Part shown: positions 58,782 to 64,000 of the stretch, in pieces | How the letters are laid out: each line of letters opens with the position of its first letter | How positions within the stretch are numbered: the first letter of the stretch is position 1 | DNA from: a virus | Strand: one strand, 5' to 3' | IMG/VR virus record: IMGVR_UViG_3300044960_000113 | Coordinates: 64,001-128,000 of that record | DNA: 64,000 nucleotides | The notes under the pieces: model-generated | Seen by the model: the letters and a program-made list of their open reading frames with translations, nothing else | Databases searched by the model: none | Told to the model about the DNA's origin: nothing | Made by a program: the position numbers and the translations under genes

Positions 58782-59978
58782 TTATAACATGCAATTTTTT
58801 AATAATATAAATCCATTCCTACCACCGAATCCAAATGAATTTTTGAGAGCATATCTAATCTGTTTTTCTTTAGGTTTATGCATTACGAAATCTAGGTTAG
58901 CGTCTAATGGGTCGTTTAAGTTCATCGTATGTGGGATTAATGAATGTTTCATAGCCATAATAGTATATATTAATTCAACAATGTTTGATGAATGAATACA
59001 ATGTCCTATATGTCCTTTATTACTACTTATTGATACACCTGGAAAATATTTTTCCATTAAACTAGCTTCTATATCATCACCAACTGGAGTAGATGTTGCA
59101 TGTGCATTTATATAATCTATTTGTCCATTAAAATTTTTCAAACATCTTTCTAAAGCAATTCTTGAACTTTTCATTTCTTTATCTGGTGCTGTTAAATTAT
59201 TTCCATCATTTTGAAAACCTAAACCAATAATTTCTGCATAAATTTTAGCATTTCTTTTTTCAGCATGTTCTAATGTTTCTATAATTAAACATGCATGTCC
59301 ATTAGCAATCATAAAACCATCTCTATTTTTATCAAATGGTCTAGATATTTCTTTTTTAGATAATGCACCTAAATTTTCAAACCATGTAATATCTAAATAG
59401 TTACAACCATTACTTGATGTTCCAACTATAGTACATTGAAGATTATTTTCACTCATTATCTTCAAAGCATAATCTATACTATAAAAACCCGTTGAACATG
59501 CAGCAGATAATGTTAAAGACTGACCTGTTAAATTATATCTAGTTTGTATACAATTTGAAATAAAATCTGAACTATAATTTAATGCTATGAAAGGATTTAA
59601 TCGCCCAAAGGTATTATTAATATAATCTAAATAATCTAATGCTATATTTCTTGTAGAAGAACTAAAAACAACTGGAACTTCTTTACCGTGAATATTTATG
59701 TTTGCATCTTTAATAGCATGTTCAACAACACCTAAAGCAATTTTAGAATTATTAGTTAATCTTCTTAACTCTTTTTCAGTATATCCATATTTTGTTAAAT
59801 CTGGAACTATTTGTTTTTCTAAAAAACAGAATTTTGTTTTTATGTTTTTATTTTTTAATGAGTCTATATTAGACGTGGATGTTAAGTTTTGATTATTTGT
59901 AATAATATTATTAAAACATTCACTGGGATCAGATCCTAATGAATCATGGATACCAATACCTGTTATTACAAATCTCAT
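58782..59978 (-). CDS. fabF: Beta-ketoacyl-ACP synthase II
   Basis: Catalytic Cys-His-His: SAACSTG, NAHATST, KGHIGH; RPFDKNRDGF; KNSFGFGG. Confidence 0.88.
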   Translation of the reverse strand: MRFVITGIGIHDSLGSDPSECFNNIITNNQNLTSTSNIDSLKNKNIKTKFCFLEKQIVPDLTKYGYTEKELRRLTNNSKIALGVVEHAIKDANINIHGKEVPVVFSSSTRNIALDYLDYINNTFGRLNPFIALNYSSDFISNCIQTRYNLTGQSLTLSAACSTGFYSIDYALKIMSENNLQCTIVGTSSNGCNYLDITWFENLGALSKKEISRPFDKNRDGFMIANGHACLIIETLEHAEKRNAKIYAEIIGLGFQNDGNNLTAPDKEMKSSRIALERCLKNFNGQIDYINAHATSTPVGDDIEASLMEKYFPGVSISSNKGHIGHCIHSSNIVELIYTIMAMKHSLIPHTMNLNDPLDANLDFVMHKPKEKQIRYALKNSFGFGGRNGFILLKNCML

Positions 59979-59983
59979 TATTT

Positions 59984-60298
59984 TTAAACAGTTTCTGTCG
60001 TTACATAAGTAGTAATATTATGTTGTGCAGTATAAGTATCAATAGCATTTTGTAAATCATTAATTAATGTTTGATTTTGACTTAAAAATTCATTTCTATA
60101 TGACTCATCAGCCCAAATATAAGTAATAGTTGATGTTACATCATCAATGTGATTAGTTTCAACACCTATAAATTTATCTGGTGGTAATTGATTTAATAAA
60201 GAAATCAAATTATTATGTAAATTTGAAATTGTATCACTATTTATTAAACCTGGATCTGTTGGTGATTGTCTTATGATTGTTCTAGTAACTTTAAACAT
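59984..60298 (-). CDS. Hypothetical protein
   Basis: ORF with GGAG RBS. Confidence 0.55.
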   Translation of the reverse strand: MFKVTRTIIRQSPTDPGLINSDTISNLHNNLISLLNQLPPDKFIGVETNHIDDVTSTITYIWADESYRNEFLSQNQTLINDLQNAIDTYTAQHNITTYVTTETV

Positions 60299-60352
60299 AG
60301 TATTTCTCCTTTAAATAAAATAATGTAATAAAATATTTCTACTGTATATTTA

Positions 60353-60754
60353 TTATTTATAATTAAATGTTGACCATAAATCTTTATCTGTTTGTTTTGG
60401 TAATTCTTTTTTATTTGCTTTTGCTAATATCAATAATGCATTAAATACATCCTTAGGAAATCCATTTCTATTTCCTCTATCATCAATAATTAATTTATTA
60501 AAATATGAATCTAATTCAATACTACCCCACGTAAGTTCAATTTTTTCAAAAATACGAGGATATTTATCCTTAATTAAATCAGCGGCATTAAATACTTCTT
60601 CTAAATCATTAGGTGGTTTTTTAAATAATGTCACTGGTTCAATAGGTGTTTCATCAGATGGAATAATTTCTGGAAATTCAGAAGTTGGTATTACCTCATT
60701 ACCCCAAATAAACTCACCCTTTTTTTCAAATATCATATTATTATAGATCTCCAA
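60353..60754 (-). CDS. Conserved hypothetical protein
   Basis: YPRIFEKIELTWG...LIIDDRGNRNGFP motif resembles a small proteobacterial family. Confidence 0.55.
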   Translation of the reverse strand: MEIYNNMIFEKKGEFIWGNEVIPTSEFPEIIPSDETPIEPVTLFKKPPNDLEEVFNAADLIKDKYPRIFEKIELTWGSIELDSYFNKLIIDDRGNRNGFPKDVFNALLILAKANKKELPKQTDKDLWSTFNYK

Positions 60755-60766
60755 TTATATATTATT

Positions 60767-60987
60767 ATTGATTAACCGATAACCAGGATTCTGTCTAGGA
60801 GTATAATTTATCTATGCCACAACCCGATCTCATAGGATGGAACTTACCTCGATCTATTTGTGTTGCACACTCAATCTTTCGATTTATTAATGGTACAAAC
60901 GACTATTAGTCTCCCATTAGTTCCAAGTGTGTCCTGAGTTTCCTCAACGGGTTTTAAAAACCCACCGCTATACTCTAGTTAATCAAT
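60767..60987 (-). ncRNA. rnpB: Compact RNase P RNA (about 221 nt)
   Basis: CR-I GAGGAAACTCAGGA pairs with CR-V ACAGAATCCTGGTTAT (P4 with bulged U and compensatory changes); CR-II GTGCAACACAAA; CR-IV TAGATAAAT; P1 ATTGATTAACT/GGTTAATCAAT; P2 GAGTATA/TATACTC. Confidence 0.88.
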
Positions 60988-60994
60988 TCATTTG

Positions 60995-61067
60995 CTCCTC
61001 GGCCTGGGTTCGAACCAGGGACACACGGATTAACAGTCCGTCGCTCTACCAGCTGAGCTACCGAGGA
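60995..61067 (-). tRNA. tRNA-Asn(GUU), CCA not encoded
   Basis: TCCTCGG...ACGGA CT GTT AA TCCGT...CCGAGGA G followed by CAA. Confidence 0.93.
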
Positions 61068-61071
61068 TCTT

Positions 61072-61147
61072 TGGTGCTGCCTGTCGGACTTGAACTGACA
61101 ACCTACTGATTACAAATCAGTTGCTCTACCAATTGAGCTAAGGCAGC
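61072..61147 (-). tRNA. tRNA-Thr(UGU)
   Basis: Canonical cloverleaf with CCA. Confidence 0.95.
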
Positions 61148-61222
61148 ATTATATATTTATTAATCTTTATTCTTAACAGAGAATATTATATCATAGTTTT
61201 ATTAAAAAGTAAATACGTTTTA

Positions 61223-61510
61223 CTATGATAACACTTTAGATTTTGTGTAAATATCTTTGAAATCAAATCTAACTTTTTTATATGCTAAAAGATGTCCGTC
61301 TTCTGAAATTGGTAAATTATTATTTTCCATAAAATCCCATAATTCATTGACAGATGAAGAACTTGGATTTTGTATTAGCAACTCTAAAAATTTTACGTAT
61401 CGCGATACGTCAAAACCCATTTTTAATATTGATAACATTTTTTATTAAAGAACCGTGAATTTCTTTTCCTTTGTAAAAAATTTTATCATCTCTAATTATA
61501 TCCTCTAAAT
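61223..61510 (-). pseudogene. rIIB-like fragment, frameshifted and truncated
   Basis: IFYKGKEIHGSLIK in one frame, then MLSILKMGFD...QNPS..SVNELWDF...LPISEDGHLLAYKKV in another; stops early. Confidence 0.7.
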
Positions 61511-61591
61511 ATAGGAAAAACAATGAAAATATTATATCATAAAATCAATAAAAAGTGTTAATTATTTTTTATAATATTAATCAATAATATT

Positions 61592-63310
61592 TTATCCACA
61601 TTTACTAGAACCACATTGCATACATTTATGACATCCTTCTTGATATACAACCTTTTCACTTCCACATTCTGTACATTTTGCACCTTCAACTATTTCACCA
61701 TCTTTAATAAATGATGCTAGAAATTTTTTAATCTGGAAAATAAAACTTCCAACATAAACATCTTTAATGCTATCAAGTGTTGCAACAATATTTTTGATTA
61801 ATACTCCATGTCTAAGATTTAAAGAAATCATTCTAGCAATTTTAGAAGCATTATCATTTGATTTAATTTTTTCTAACACTTTATCTATATGCTCTTGTTT
61901 AATATTTTTTCTTTTTGCTAATTCTGTCAATTTATCAATAGCATCTAATGTTATAACATTTTTTTCATGATGATTTGTATGAACAAATAATGCAAATGGT
62001 CTAGTGCGTGTTTCATTCCAAACAACAGTTAGATACCATTTTCTTCCTTCAGCACGTAAAGTTTTCATTGATGCTTCTGCAGTTTCTGGAAGAATTACAT
62101 CATCTAAAATAATTTCCTCATCATAACCATTTTTATCTGTTTCTTTTGAAGATAGTACAGCTGTCATTGTACCTGTTCTGTATGTTGTTACACCTTTAAC
62201 ATATCCAGATTTATAAACATCTAAATAAACATTTTTAAAATCATCAAATGGATATTCATGTGGAACATTGACAGTTTTTGACATAGCACTGTCAACCCAT
62301 CTTGCAAATCCAACTAAATCATTAACATGATCTTCAACAGTCAATCCATTCAATGCAGTAACAGCCCATGGTGCTTTTGGATTCCATTCATTTTTTTCTT
62401 TTAAATATCTAACACCATAATCAGAACACGTAACCTCTTTAGTCAATCCTCTATTTTTATCGATTTTATAAACTATACCATTATGTTTTCCTTTAAGAAT
62501 TTCTTCATCACCTTCTTTTGTGAATTTAAAAATTTTTGTTTCATGCCACTCACCATCGTACCATTTAGGTGTTTCTTCAATCATATCTTCTGGAATAGAT
62601 GGAACAATAACCGTTCTTATATATTCTGGCATAAATATTGGTTCTAATCCACTAGATACAACATTTGCTAATATAGAAGTATTTCCTGTTGGTTGTATCG
62701 ATAATAATGAACTATTCCTAATTCCAACAGTTTTTAATTTTTCCATATATGATTTTGATAGACCTAATGATTGAATAAATGGATTTTCAGAATGTTTTTG
62801 TGGGTCACATAATTTAAACATTCCTTTTTCTTCTGCTAAATCAATAGATGACATATATGCACTTCTAGCTATGGTAGACATAACCTTTTCACGCAATTCA
62901 TGTGATTTATCAGAACCAAATTTTATTTTCAACATAAATAATGATGATGCCCAACCAAGAATACCAATACCAATGCGACGCTTATTTTTCATTGAATATT
63001 CATATTCAGGAAGTGGTGCATTAGATAAAGTATTAACATTATCTAAGAAACGAACAAGATAACCTGTATATTTTGCTATTTTTTTATAATCAAAATCTGT
63101 ACAATCTTCATTAATAAATTGAGTTAAATTTAATGAAGATAAACAACAAATACCACCTGGAGCCAACATTTGTTCACCACAATTATGAACTAAAATTCCA
63201 TTTGCAAAAAAATTATGATTTTTGGTAGTAGTTAAATCAAAAACATCTTGATTTTCAGTTATTTTTATAGATTTAATTTTTAATTTGCGGAGGTTGTTGT
63301 TTGTTTCCAT
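61592..63310 (-). CDS. nrdJ: Split-intein C-part (43 aa) plus class II ribonucleotide reductase C-extein
   Basis: NFFANGILVHN|CGEQ; RRIGIG, SIQPTGNTS, SSGLEP, AMSKTVN, KGVTTYR; C-terminal zinc ribbon. Confidence 0.9.
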   Translation of the reverse strand: METNNNLRKLKIKSIKITENQDVFDLTTTKNHNFFANGILVHNCGEQMLAPGGICCLSSLNLTQFINEDCTDFDYKKIAKYTGYLVRFLDNVNTLSNAPLPEYEYSMKNKRRIGIGILGWASSLFMLKIKFGSDKSHELREKVMSTIARSAYMSSIDLAEEKGMFKLCDPQKHSENPFIQSLGLSKSYMEKLKTVGIRNSSLLSIQPTGNTSILANVVSSGLEPIFMPEYIRTVIVPSIPEDMIEETPKWYDGEWHETKIFKFTKEGDEEILKGKHNGIVYKIDKNRGLTKEVTCSDYGVRYLKEKNEWNPKAPWAVTALNGLTVEDHVNDLVGFARWVDSAMSKTVNVPHEYPFDDFKNVYLDVYKSGYVKGVTTYRTGTMTAVLSSKETDKNGYDEEIILDDVILPETAEASMKTLRAEGRKWYLTVVWNETRTRPFALFVHTNHHEKNVITLDAIDKLTELAKRKNIKQEHIDKVLEKIKSNDNASKIARMISLNLRHGVLIKNIVATLDSIKDVYVGSFIFQIKKFLASFIKDGEIVEGAKCTECGSEKVVYQEGCHKCMQCGSSKCG

Positions 63311-63425
63311 ATAGCTTTTTCCTTTTTGTAACTTTCACAATAATCATTAATGTTGTCAATTATAATAATTGGTATATCTTGTTCTTTTTTTAACATCTAT
63401 GGAAGTTATAAACCTATGTGACATT

Positions 63426-64000
63426 TTAAATACCTATTAAAATATCGTCTGTTGTTAAGTCAGATGCATTAACATACCCACGATTTTCAGTATAGACTTT
63501 ATGATCTGGTGTTAATTTAATGACTGTAGAATCTTCTAATTCTAATTCGATAACATTAGCATTATTACGTGTTTTGTCGACAAAAGTTATATCTTCAAAT
63601 TCTGTATTTTGTGTGTCAATATTCATTGTTAATACTTTGAAGCTTTCACCAGATTTAAACCTTTTGGCCAACTCAAAAAATGATATTTCACCCTTATCTG
63701 TCGTGACTAAAGTATCACCAGTTAAACATGGATTTGTCGAATAAATTGTTTCAGCATAATTTAATGGATTAAAATAATTTGCACGATCTAAAAATAAAAC
63801 ACCTGGCTCTGCGCGATTATATGTTGATTCCATAATTAAATTCCATAGCCAAGTTGCTGATACTGTTTGATACACTATTGTTGGATACCCAGCTGATTCC
63901 CATTGCTTAATGTCACCTTTCCATTCTTTTTTATATTTTGGATGACTTGTGTCTGGGAAACGTAAATTCCATTTATCAATTTCTTCTTTTTCTTTAATTA
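63426..64000 (-). CDS. nrdJ: Ribonucleotide reductase N-extein (5' end outside window) plus split-intein N-part (100 aa)
   Basis: Frame open to the window edge; AEPGVLFLD...STNP|CLTGDT (Cys1 at 63728), block B LTPDH. Confidence 0.9.
   Translation of the reverse strand, partial: IKEKEEIDKWNLRFPDTSHPKYKKEWKGDIKQWESAGYPTIVYQTVSATWLWNLIMESTYNRAEPGVLFLDRANYFNPLNYAETIYSTNPCLTGDTLVTTDKGEISFFELAKRFKSGESFKVLTMNIDTQNTEFEDITFVDKTRNNANVIELELEDSTVIKLTPDHKVYTENRGYVNASDLTTDDILIGI

Noticed and set aside
53972-61109. ORFs 53972-54160, 55942-56124, 56033-56227 and 60927-61109
   Set aside because: They coincide with tRNA and RNase P genes and are open only because of locally higher GC.
63311-63425. Possible endonuclease remnant between the nrdJ halves
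   Set aside because: Only a short frameshifted peptide (KKEQDIPIIIIDNINDY) with no convincing motif.
70-63744. Short antisense or overlapping ORFs in the track (e.g. 70-339, 5154-5564, 9847-10296, 15288-15689, 28246-28674, 29455-29910, 35819-36163)
   Set aside because: They lie opposite or within well-supported genes and have no motifs or RBS; they are shadow ORFs.
1-64000. CRISPR array
   Set aside because: No regularly spaced repeat-spacer series was seen; the repeats found have 2-3 copies kilobases apart.
1-64000. Genome-wide stop-codon reassignment
   Set aside because: Conserved genes are full length under code 11 and end normally at TAG or TGA; internal stops were found in only one gene.

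Overview
Very AT-rich 64-kb segment of a large lytic T4-like (jumbo) myovirus genome, probably infecting a Proteobacterium (inferred from IHF consensus sites and the fabG and GGDEF-EAL gene types). Most genes lie on the minus strand behind sigma70-type TTTAC(A/T)-N17-TATAAT promoters. A plus-strand block of fibre/virion genes (24.7-31.0 kb) has T4-type late promoters (TATAAATA). Main contents: type II topoisomerase (partial); fabG and fabF; a methyltransferase/helicase cassette bounded by 45-bp direct repeats; a cytosine-hypermodification cluster (T4 gp42-like dCMP hydroxymethylase, beta-glucosyltransferase-like enzyme, nucleotidyltransferase, YvcK/CofD-like plus phosphomutase-like fusion, two NMP kinases); prkA-yeaH-spoVR; a PAS-GGDEF-EAL protein; two naturally split inteins (RNA ligase, NrdJ); a TROVE/vWA gene with repeated ACAGCAA stem RNAs; nine tRNA genes, including a group I intron-containing tRNA-Leu(UAA) and an atypical long-arm tRNA(UAU); and a compact RNase P RNA. 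All assignments come from motif recognition by eye; no database searches were run.
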